A DNA stretch of 29,080 nt, from the IMG/VR virus record IMGVR_UViG_3300029183_000029, positions 1-29,080 of that record, one strand, 5' to 3'. Source of the stretch: a virus. Its lineage: Duplodnaviria > Caudoviricetes. Of this stretch, positions 17,227 through 25,758 are shown piece after piece. Numbering within the stretch: the stretch's first letter is position 1; each line of letters starts with the position of its first letter. Both the position numbers and the translations under genes were made by a program. The notes below the pieces were generated by a model, which did no database searches, had not been told where the DNA came from, and saw only the letters and a program-made list of their open reading frames with translations.

Positions 17227-17504
17227 CAGAACCTATTAAGACCTACGATACAAGTCCTATAATAATAGGTTTCATACACCACGATTTATATAAAATGCTG
17301 TTTCTTTATTCGGAAGATTTACCTCCGATAGAGGAACAGCTTTATTTGTTTATGAAGCGGTTTAGAACACAACCGAGCGAGTTTTTTGGTATGGATAGGG
17401 AATTAAGACTATCTTTATACAAAAGGGAGTACGAACTTGTGAAGAAAGAAGCGCAGGAGGTGGAGAGATTGAGAAAACGTAATGGAACAAAAGAAATAGG
17501 ATAA
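17187..17504 (+). CDS. -1 frame extension of the tail chaperone (gpGT-like; ~383-aa fusion from 16354)
   Basis: The -1 frame is open from the slippery site (FCLTSVYYRG...) to TAA at 17502-17504, 2 nt before the tape measure ATG. Confidence 0.75.
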   Translation, partial: FCLTSVYYRGIRSPEPIKTYDTSPIIIGFIHHDLYKMLFLYSEDLPPIEEQLYLFMKRFRTQPSEFFGMDRELRLSLYKREYELVKKEAQEVERLRKRNGTKEIG

Positions 17505-17506
17505 GT

Positions 17507-19750
17507 ATGCCGACAGGAAGAACATTATTAGATTATGGTATAGCCATTAACTTTTTTGGTAACTACCGACAAGAAGCCTCTAAAATTGGAGGCATAACTG
17601 ATAGGCTTAATAATAGCTTACTATCGTTACAAAACCTTGTTCTTGGTGGTTCACTTACCTATGGGCTATATAAATTCTCTGATGCAATACTGAATACTGC
17701 GTTAATGATGGAGCAAAACTTCGCTGCATTAAAGGCATCTCTGGGGAGTGCTGCAAAGGCAATAGAAACACTAGACTGGGCTAGGGTCAAGGGGGCTGAA
17801 ACGCCCTTTGAGATAGATGAGGTTAATAGAGCGGTTACTATGATGACCACTATGGGCTTCAATAAGAATGATGCTATGCGTGAAGAGGTGTTTAATGCTA
17901 TTGGAGACTTTGCAGGATTGAGAGGCGCAGGATTTGCAGATATTATGGGGAGAGTGGCAAAGGCTACTTTTGGTAACTGGGAGAGTTTAGGAGATACTTA
18001 TGGTATTCGTCAGAGTACTATTGGTGGTATGGTTAGAGACCAACTAGCCAGAACTCCAGAAAAATTTGCAGGAGAAATTGAGGATATAAATAGAGCAATA
18101 CAGATTATTGAGAGTGGACAAAAAGGTACTGAAGAGTATAGAATGTCTATTGTTAAGTTGATTGGTGTTCTTGGTAGAGGAGGTATGGTAAACCGACTGA
18201 ATACTATTGGTGGTGCTTGGAGTAACGTAAACGACTTGATACAGAACTTTATGTTTAATCTGGTTGGGTATTCACAGATAGAGGGAACTTTTGCCAACGC
18301 AATAAAGAATACTATTAAGAAGGGCATACTTGAACCGTTTATGGAAACTCACGAAGTAGTTATAAATGGGATTAAGGAGCAGATTACAACAGTTGACCAA
18401 CTTGGTAGAATAGGTCAATCGGTAGGTCAGTTACTTACTGGTATGTGGGATTTAGTAGATAACCAAGTCGGAAAAGCTACTAACAGTTTAGTTGGTTGGA
18501 TTGATAAGATAGACCAATTTTTTGCCGATTATGAGCAGAATGTAGCACCTATTGTACTATTCATTGCTCTAGTTAAAATGCAGATTGAGGATTTCCTTTC
18601 TGGATTTTATGATGGGTTTACAAGTACTTTCGGATTATTCTTAAAAATGAGTATAGGAGTTATAAAAGGTTTAGCTTCTATTGCGGAGTGGCTTGGGATA
18701 GGAAAAACGAAGGCAGAGGCGTTAGGTAAGGTTCTAGGTGGAATACTTGGAACACTTATAGGTATAAAGGTATTTAGAATGGCTACTATGCCACTACAAC
18801 CACTTATTAACGGTGCTTCTGTTGCGTTGAGTTATTTGAAAAAAGTGTTCTTAGAGCAAAGAGCCGTTTTATTGGCTGATGGAGTTATAAGTAGTTCTAC
18901 TGGAATGTGGAAGCAATTTACTACTGTACTTCAGTATTTATCATACGGAATGAGAGGTGCTGCTGCAAGTGCTTGGAGTTTTACAGTTGCTTTACTTACC
19001 AATCCGATAACTTGGATAGTTATAGCTGTTATTGCTTTAGTTGGGTGGTTATACTACTTGATTACTCATTGGGAAGAGATAGGAGAGAAGATGCAGAATG
19101 TTTCTGATATAGCTTTGGCTATGTTAGCCTACTTTATGCCTATCGTTGGTATTCCATTGATTATGGCGAAGTATTGGGGAGAATTTCAAATTATATTCTA
19201 CAATATCTGGAGAGGTATTAGTGGGTATTTAAAAGGTTTATCGCTATGGCTGAAATATGAAGTGGTAAACCCAATTAAGAAATGGTTTTCTGAAATGTGG
19301 GATACTGTTAAAGAGAAAGCATTGAATTTTATCAATATGGTTACAGAGAGATTTCCATTCCTAGTTACAATATTTGAAAAGATACGAGACATTTGGAGTA
19401 GTATTTCTGACTTCTTTAGTAATATCTGGGAAAAGATTGCGAACAGTACGTTTATACAGAATATACTTGATAAGGCTATCGGATTGACTGATGCTTTTCA
19501 AGATGGAGGACAGGCGTATGAGGAGGCTATGTTGGATAAGTATGGGGAGGATAAGAATGATTTTTACAACAAGAATAAAGAATACTATGAGAATATAGGT
19601 GCTGCTCAAAGTAGTATTGATAATAGAAACCAGACTAAGGTTGATGTAGGTGGTGTTACTATTGTTCAACAAGAAGGAGAGGACGGCACTAAACTTGCGG
19701 AGGACTTTATGGAAGGACTGCAAAATAACTTAGGAAAAGAAGGAAAGTAA
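17507..19750 (+). CDS. Tape measure protein
   Basis: ETPFEIDEV tape-measure motif, hydrophobic segments (LLTNPITWIVIAVIAL) and ~11-residue W/F periodicity near the C-terminus. Confidence 0.92.
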   Translation: MPTGRTLLDYGIAINFFGNYRQEASKIGGITDRLNNSLLSLQNLVLGGSLTYGLYKFSDAILNTALMMEQNFAALKASLGSAAKAIETLDWARVKGAETPFEIDEVNRAVTMMTTMGFNKNDAMREEVFNAIGDFAGLRGAGFADIMGRVAKATFGNWESLGDTYGIRQSTIGGMVRDQLARTPEKFAGEIEDINRAIQIIESGQKGTEEYRMSIVKLIGVLGRGGMVNRLNTIGGAWSNVNDLIQNFMFNLVGYSQIEGTFANAIKNTIKKGILEPFMETHEVVINGIKEQITTVDQLGRIGQSVGQLLTGMWDLVDNQVGKATNSLVGWIDKIDQFFADYEQNVAPIVLFIALVKMQIEDFLSGFYDGFTSTFGLFLKMSIGVIKGLASIAEWLGIGKTKAEALGKVLGGILGTLIGIKVFRMATMPLQPLINGASVALSYLKKVFLEQRAVLLADGVISSSTGMWKQFTTVLQYLSYGMRGAAASAWSFTVALLTNPITWIVIAVIALVGWLYYLITHWEEIGEKMQNVSDIALAMLAYFMPIVGIPLIMAKYWGEFQIIFYNIWRGISGYLKGLSLWLKYEVVNPIKKWFSEMWDTVKEKALNFINMVTERFPFLVTIFEKIRDIWSSISDFFSNIWEKIANSTFIQNILDKAIGLTDAFQDGGQAYEEAMLDKYGEDKNDFYNKNKEYYENIGAAQSSIDNRNQTKVDVGGVTIVQQEGEDGTKLAEDFMEGLQNNLGKEGK

Positions 19751-19751
19751 T

Positions 19752-20579
19752 ATGCCAAATTTAACAACAGATAGAGCGGTAAAGAAAGCGTACTTCAGTA
19801 ACCTAGAGGGAGGAAGAATTGTTGAATTTCAATTTAGTCCTGCCTCTTTGGATTTTGAGGAGAGTAGTAAGTATGCTACAAGAATTAAGACAGGAAGCTA
19901 CTTTACTGATTTAGTTTGGATTTCTGGAAACCCTAATGCTTTTAATATCCGAATGTTTATAGATAGAACACAGGAGAGTTACACTTCTGAAAACTATAAC
20001 CAAGACCCATTTAGTTCATTCAGAAGATTTCCTAACCAATCTCCTAGATTTACTTCTTTGGATAGTGTTAATTTGATACGAGGAATAGCTACTAGTAATA
20101 CGTCTAGCGGTTTTGCTTCTTCATTCAGTAAGAAAAACACAAAGGAGGGAGGGAATGCAATACAACCTTCTAACTATTCAGCTTCTCCACACTTTAAACA
20201 ATCACAGTTTGATGCAGCAGCAGGAGTTACGCCAGATGTAGAGGCGTTGATGTACTATGTGAGACCTAAAGGATTTAGACTTGATGAGATTACCACGAGC
20301 AATAATGAGATTGTTAGTGTAACTGATTTTGACAATGGGAGATTTACTCCACCACCGATGGTTAGGTTTTATTATGGTAATATGTGGAGAGAAGGCTATA
20401 TAATTAGGGTTAGGTACAACTTATCTGTTATGAACAAATTATTAGTTCCTAGAAGGTTGGATGCAGATATTACTATGGCGTGTACTAAATGGGGCTATTT
20501 GAATGAATTAGATAACGCTTTGCTTAATGAAGCCATTGATATTGGTGGTAATGAGGCGAACATAAATAGTTTTGCGTAA
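19752..20579 (+). CDS. Baseplate tube-initiator (P2 gpU/CIS tube-like) protein
   Basis: VEFQFSPASL, PPPMVRFYYG and PRRLDADITM motifs; follows the tape measure. Confidence 0.75.
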   Translation: MPNLTTDRAVKKAYFSNLEGGRIVEFQFSPASLDFEESSKYATRIKTGSYFTDLVWISGNPNAFNIRMFIDRTQESYTSENYNQDPFSSFRRFPNQSPRFTSLDSVNLIRGIATSNTSSGFASSFSKKNTKEGGNAIQPSNYSASPHFKQSQFDAAAGVTPDVEALMYYVRPKGFRLDEITTSNNEIVSVTDFDNGRFTPPPMVRFYYGNMWREGYIIRVRYNLSVMNKLLVPRRLDADITMACTKWGYLNELDNALLNEAIDIGGNEANINSFA

Positions 20580-20875
20580 TGTTAGGTAACAAGTATAGAA
20601 GAGAGGAAGATATTATCACTACTTCAATTTCTGGAGGGAGAGCGCACCACTCATACAGAAAACCAGTAAGAGCGATAGATACCTATAAGTATGAACTTAC
20701 CTATGGGGAAAATTTCCATACGCTATCTTCTGTAATATTTGGTACTGATGAGTATTGGTGGGCTTTATTGGATATGAATAAACCTATTGATGCGTTTACT
20801 ATGAAGTCTGGAGATAGAGTTGTATTGCCAGAGAGTATTGTTAAGGATAGAAACGGAGTTAAGAAGATTGTATAA
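20579..20875 (+). CDS. LysM-like baseplate protein (P2 gpX/T4 gp53-like)
   Basis: YELTYGENFHTLSSVIFGTDEYWWALLDMN...GDRVVLP. Confidence 0.8.
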   Translation: MLGNKYRREEDIITTSISGGRAHHSYRKPVRAIDTYKYELTYGENFHTLSSVIFGTDEYWWALLDMNKPIDAFTMKSGDRVVLPESIVKDRNGVKKIV

Positions 20876-22419
20876 TGAGTGTGGAAATATCTCAATATTT
20901 TAATGTCAAAATATCTTCCCCAAAAGGGGCTGATAAGCAGGTGTCGTTAGATGCTACGAAGTATATTGAGGTAGGAGCTAAACTTATTGACGAGGATGGG
21001 CTAATAAAAGAGTTTCAGTTTGATATGAAGCAAGGTTACTTAATGATGGATGTTTTATCGTTAGGTATGCGTGTAGATTTGGAGGGTGGAGATTTGGATA
21101 GGAAAGAATATCTATTCAATGGTTTTATAAAGGAGATTATACCATCTTTTGAGGCTGACGGAGATATAAAACTTACGGTTAAGGCTTATTCTGAAGAGGG
21201 AGGTCGTCTGGGTGTTGGTGTTAGGGATTTGATTTATCCATCTAAAAACCACCCAAAGACTTGGGCAACGAAAGAACTCACTTATTCTGATATTATTGTG
21301 AACCTTGCAAAGGACACAGGAATTAGAGTTAAGAGCGACAACATAAAGGTAAATACGGATATTAAGGCAGGTTTTACTACTGGAACAATTAGACAGAAGA
21401 GTATGACCGATTGGGCTTTTATGCAGATGTTGGCAGATAAGATACATTGCACTTTATGGACAGAGGAGAAGAATGGAACTCCAGAACTGCATTTAGTTGA
21501 TGATAGTTTACTGGTAAATGAACTAGCAAATTATACTTTCTTTTTCCTAGCTAGAAAAAATGAGAAAGAGTTTGTTGATTTTACAAAAACTAGCGATAAG
21601 CAGATACAGATACTAAAAGCAAAAATCAAATTAGATACCCAAAATATAAAGGGTGCTTATAGTGTTACTACTGACCCCACTACTGGAGAGACTAAAGTAA
21701 CTACGGAGCAGGAGAATGAGAAGGGAGAACTTGAAAGATGGGTTCTTGATGAGGAGAAGGTTGAAGGGTTGAGTTTTGAGGAAAGAAATGACCTCATACA
21801 GCTTTTTATGAGTGGTAAGATAACTTGGGAGGGGGAAAATGGAACAACCGCAGCTAAAGAATACTTTAAAAAGGTAATAGTTGGAGAAGGTTCAAGAAAA
21901 GGAGTTAGGTCTAATATTAGTGTGGTGGTGTCAGAAGCAGGAGGAGACGTAGGAACAGACGGAATAAATAATGCCAACGCTAATACTGAAAATACTGGAA
22001 GTACTGCATATAAAACTGTTATAGATGAGGAGAAGTTAAGAAAACTAACTCCAGAACAGCGTAGCGGTATAATGGGAAGAATTGCCAGAGGGGAGATTAC
22101 CGAAGAGGATAGACAATACTATACGGTAGTTGATAGTACAGCAAAGAATAATACAGATGATGCCTCCACTACTGGACAAGGGGAGAATACTGATGCAAGT
22201 CAAGCATTGGGTGTAGGAGCGCAGACTAGTAGCACCAGAAGAAAAAGAGACGAAGGTTTTAATATCACTTGTGGTATTTATGGAAATTTAGAAATTATAC
22301 CTAGACGAAGTTATGTGCTAGAAGGTTTAGGTAAATACTCTGGAAGCTACTATTTGTACAAAGTAACTCATATATGGGGTAAGAAAGGATATTTAATGGA
22401 ACTTGTATTTACGAAATAA
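20875..22419 (+). CDS. Baseplate hub protein (late control D-like)
   Basis: LFNGFI, QKSMTDWAFMQMLA and GNLEIIP...LEGLGKYSGSYYLYKVTH motifs. Confidence 0.85.
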   Translation: MSVEISQYFNVKISSPKGADKQVSLDATKYIEVGAKLIDEDGLIKEFQFDMKQGYLMMDVLSLGMRVDLEGGDLDRKEYLFNGFIKEIIPSFEADGDIKLTVKAYSEEGGRLGVGVRDLIYPSKNHPKTWATKELTYSDIIVNLAKDTGIRVKSDNIKVNTDIKAGFTTGTIRQKSMTDWAFMQMLADKIHCTLWTEEKNGTPELHLVDDSLLVNELANYTFFFLARKNEKEFVDFTKTSDKQIQILKAKIKLDTQNIKGAYSVTTDPTTGETKVTTEQENEKGELERWVLDEEKVEGLSFEERNDLIQLFMSGKITWEGENGTTAAKEYFKKVIVGEGSRKGVRSNISVVVSEAGGDVGTDGINNANANTENTGSTAYKTVIDEEKLRKLTPEQRSGIMGRIARGEITEEDRQYYTVVDSTAKNNTDDASTTGQGENTDASQALGVGAQTSSTRRKRDEGFNITCGIYGNLEIIPRRSYVLEGLGKYSGSYYLYKVTHIWGKKGYLMELVFTK

Positions 22420-23156
22420 TGCTATCTAAACAACAGAGGGAAATATTAAAACAAGCTACCGATAATGGGCTTATATGTGGTGTTCAACTTGCTATACCTA
22501 CTGGTAAAGTTTTAGAGGAGGATGCTACGTATATAGAAGTCTTAATTTATGGTAAAAGTGTTTTTGCTAAACCATCTATGGCATTTGGTTCTTTCAATGT
22601 GCCTAATAAGGAGTGGTTAGATGAGTACAAGGATGAAGTATCGGTATGGGTAGCTTTTGAGAATGGAGACCCTGCCCACCCTGTTTATTTAGGTGTATGC
22701 CCTAGAGATGGAAAAACACCAGAGGGGAATTATCCTAGAACTAAAAGTTGGAAATCGGTAGAGTTTGAGTATATCTTTGATGATAAGGAGAAAACATTTA
22801 CCCTTAAACATAAAGACGGTGCTATATGGACTATTGACGGAAATTCTGGGGAGATAGAGTTTAAGAGTAAGGATGGTCAAGGATTTAAAGCAAAAACCGA
22901 AACTATTTTAGGAGGAGGAAATGGACAACAGAGTGCTGTATTGGGAGAAAAGAATAAAGATGCAATTCTGGAATTATCTAAAAAGATAGATGCTATATAT
23001 CAAGCAATATCTTCAGCAGGAGTTGCTTCTATGGACGGAGGTGCTACATTTAAAGCATCACTAATATCTGCCCTTAGTGGTAATGGTTTTCCCATCACTC
23101 CTAATGTAACTACTATGGCTGAACAGACGTTATCGGAGAAGGTAAAACTAGATTAA
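22419..23156 (+). CDS. Baseplate central spike (gpV/gp5 OB-fold)
   Basis: VWVAFENGDPAHPVYLG motif, beta-strand repeats and AVLGE. Confidence 0.85.
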   Translation: MLSKQQREILKQATDNGLICGVQLAIPTGKVLEEDATYIEVLIYGKSVFAKPSMAFGSFNVPNKEWLDEYKDEVSVWVAFENGDPAHPVYLGVCPRDGKTPEGNYPRTKSWKSVEFEYIFDDKEKTFTLKHKDGAIWTIDGNSGEIEFKSKDGQGFKAKTETILGGGNGQQSAVLGEKNKDAILELSKKIDAIYQAISSAGVASMDGGATFKASLISALSGNGFPITPNVTTMAEQTLSEKVKLD

Positions 23157-23171
23157 GTCATTGAAAATAAC

Positions 23172-23179
23172 TAAATTTG
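23172..23179 (+). promoter_or_regulatory. Bacteroidota-type -7 promoter box
   Basis: TAAATTTG in the 32-nt gap before the wedge genes. Confidence 0.55.
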
Positions 23180-23188
23180 TATTAACTT

Positions 23189-23593
23189 ATGTACTTACAG
23201 GAACAATATGAAGAGCAGAATAAAGGCTTACCTACTAGATTTTCTCTTAGTGAGAGTGGTAGTTTTGTTCTTATAGGTGGTAAGGATAAGGTGGATGATA
23301 ATATGGGAATGTTACTAGCCTTTATTGGTTGGTTTAGATTATATACACAGGATTATGTTATAAATGTGTACCAATTCTTACAGAACACTACCAGTTATCT
23401 ATTCCAATTTAAGAACATATTGAGGTTGAAGATTTTGGAGGTAGGTAGAAAATACGTGCCTTTTGCTAACATATATTCAGCAGATATACCTATCAACTAC
23501 GAGGACAGGAAATCTGTTGGTATTTATGTACAGTTTAAATATAAATTGAAGAATGTAGAAGATTATCAAGTAATTAAAAGAATAGTTATATAA
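23189..23593 (+). CDS. Putative gp25-like sheath initiator/baseplate wedge protein
   Basis: 134 aa between the spike and baseplate J genes; mainly synteny and size. Confidence 0.6.
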   Translation: MYLQEQYEEQNKGLPTRFSLSESGSFVLIGGKDKVDDNMGMLLAFIGWFRLYTQDYVINVYQFLQNTTSYLFQFKNILRLKILEVGRKYVPFANIYSADIPINYEDRKSVGIYVQFKYKLKNVEDYQVIKRIVI

Positions 23594-25104
23594 TGCCATC
23601 AGCGACACTACTAAATGAGTTCAATAGATTTGACGATGAGACTTTGGAAAAACTTATCCAGATAGGAGACAGTATTCTTACGCCTATGGATACGGAACTA
23701 ACTTCAGTTGATTTCGCATCTATGTTGAATGAGGTGTTTAAGCCTAATGGTTTAGCAGACAGCCATTTTCCAGAATGGAAGGATAGGAGTAAATCGGATT
23801 TTGGTAGATTTTTAGTTGAGTTGTTTGCTTTATTTTCAGATAAAGATTTCTTTTACATAAACCACTTTTCAAGGGAAAGTTTTGTACTTGTTGCAGACCT
23901 ATACCGCTCTATTTTCCACCAAGCACAACATCAAGGATTTAATCCACCTAGTAATGTTTCGGCAGAAGGAAATGTACAACTTCTATTTTCAGCAGGAAGC
24001 ACGGAGTTTGTTCCTAGAGGTAGTATTGTATTAGGTATTGAGGATATGCCTAGTTTGGTTTATGTAAATGACGAGTTTACAATACCTAACTCAACTATTG
24101 ACCAGAGTGTTACTATTACGTTTAAGCACGGAAAATTGCGAAGGGAGCAATTATTCTTTGATGGATACTCTTTGGTGTTAGATGTTCCTAAAATAGTTAG
24201 TGAGAGTATAAAACTTACTATTGATGGTACTGTATGGGTTGAGACGGACAATTTTGTAAATGGAGACCCTTCTACAAAGCACTTTATGGTGTTCTACGAT
24301 GAAGAAGGTAGAGCAGAAATACAGTTTGCAGATGAGGCTTTAGGAGCAAAGCCCAATGAAGGAGAGTTATGTGATATAGAGTTTTTAGTGGGAGGAGGTT
24401 ATATAGGAGATATTACAGCAGATACTTTGGATAGAATTGTATCTAGCGATACTACTCGTAATTTGATTAGTTTCCAACAATTCGCAATGACTGGAGGGAA
24501 TGACCTTATGCCTATGGAATTATTAAGACATACTGTTATAGGAAAGGCTAGACATCAAAACAGAATTGTTACTCCAGAGGATGCGGAATACTTTTGTAAA
24601 CAACTATCATTTGTACATAAGGTATTTTCCGATGTTTTCCTCAACTATACGTATATCTATGTGTATCCTATTGGGGGAGGAAACATAAGCCCTGCTCAAC
24701 AAACTTTGGTGGAGAATTTGATATTGACTGGTAATGAAGGAAACCCGTTTTTATTGATGGGGCAGAACTTAACTGTTACATCTCCTATCTATGTACCAGT
24801 AACTATGTCTATAACTATGTATCTGTTACCTACTACGGTTAGAAGTGGTGCGGAGACAATGGCACTACAAGCTATTGATGAATACTTAAACCCAGACAAA
24901 AATGGAGAGTTTGGTGGTGGTGTTAAGAGAAGTTTACTATCATCTTTGTTGCTTCAGAGAGTTACAGGAAGCCAAAATATGACTTTTGATATTCTACATA
25001 GAAGCGGAACGCCAAATCCAGTAGCAGATATAAATTTCATTAACCAAGAATTAGTTGATGTTGCTAACTCAACTATAACTGTAAATCTTGTAGGTGGAAT
25101 ATGA
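23593..25104 (+). CDS. Baseplate wedge protein (gpJ/T4 gp6-like)
   Basis: FPEWKDRSKSDFGRFLVELFA, IQFADEALGAKP, TGGND and QNRIVTPED motifs. Confidence 0.92.
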   Translation: MPSATLLNEFNRFDDETLEKLIQIGDSILTPMDTELTSVDFASMLNEVFKPNGLADSHFPEWKDRSKSDFGRFLVELFALFSDKDFFYINHFSRESFVLVADLYRSIFHQAQHQGFNPPSNVSAEGNVQLLFSAGSTEFVPRGSIVLGIEDMPSLVYVNDEFTIPNSTIDQSVTITFKHGKLRREQLFFDGYSLVLDVPKIVSESIKLTIDGTVWVETDNFVNGDPSTKHFMVFYDEEGRAEIQFADEALGAKPNEGELCDIEFLVGGGYIGDITADTLDRIVSSDTTRNLISFQQFAMTGGNDLMPMELLRHTVIGKARHQNRIVTPEDAEYFCKQLSFVHKVFSDVFLNYTYIYVYPIGGGNISPAQQTLVENLILTGNEGNPFLLMGQNLTVTSPIYVPVTMSITMYLLPTTVRSGAETMALQAIDEYLNPDKNGEFGGGVKRSLLSSLLLQRVTGSQNMTFDILHRSGTPNPVADINFINQELVDVANSTITVNLVGGI

Positions 25105-25757
25105 TAGAGGACAGAAGAGAGACATTAGATAAATTTGCGAAGCATATACCAGAGAGTATTCGCAAGGAAAATAACAATTTGAATAAGTTGTTAGAGGTTC
25201 TTGATGGTATGCTTAAAATAAGAAAGGACGAACTATTTAATTATACTAGAAATTTCTTATATCCGTTGGTTTCTGACATTCGTATAATGCGTAGGTACGT
25301 TGATGAATGGAAAGCGGAATACACGGAAGAAAGCAGTAGGTTATGCCTAGATTGCTTATATAGAAAGTATTTTGATATTTATAGCAGGAAAGGAACGGAG
25401 CAGGGGTTGATATATTTATTGACTTGTTTATTCTGGGTAGATGATGAGCCTACTATAACTATTGATGGATATGTTGGAGGGAAGCCGTTAATATTATTTG
25501 ACGACAATGCTCCTTATGATGTTTTACCTAATGGGGAGGATATTGCAAATGAGGTATTAGCGACAGCAGGGAACGAGATATGGTGTCCTACGTTATTAGA
25601 TGATACTTGGGTACATTGCTACACAACTATTACTATAACGATAGACATTAACTATACTCCTACGGCAGAGTTTATTGAATTTATAAAGAGTGTTATAGTT
25701 CTATATTTGCCGATGGTAAGCCCAGATTTTACAGTAATAAATTTAAACTTTATATAA
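25101..25757 (+). CDS. Baseplate wedge protein (P2 gpI-like)
   Basis: IYSRKGTEQGLIYLL motif; follows gpJ with an ATGA overlap. Confidence 0.8.
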   Translation: MIEDRRETLDKFAKHIPESIRKENNNLNKLLEVLDGMLKIRKDELFNYTRNFLYPLVSDIRIMRRYVDEWKAEYTEESSRLCLDCLYRKYFDIYSRKGTEQGLIYLLTCLFWVDDEPTITIDGYVGGKPLILFDDNAPYDVLPNGEDIANEVLATAGNEIWCPTLLDDTWVHCYTTITITIDINYTPTAEFIEFIKSVIVLYLPMVSPDFTVINLNFI

Positions 25758-25758
25758 G

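Noticed and set aside
17193-17504. Independent TTG-started gene
   Set aside because: The slippery heptamer, hairpin and position favour a frameshift extension; coupled initiation at the TTGA overlap is not fully excluded.
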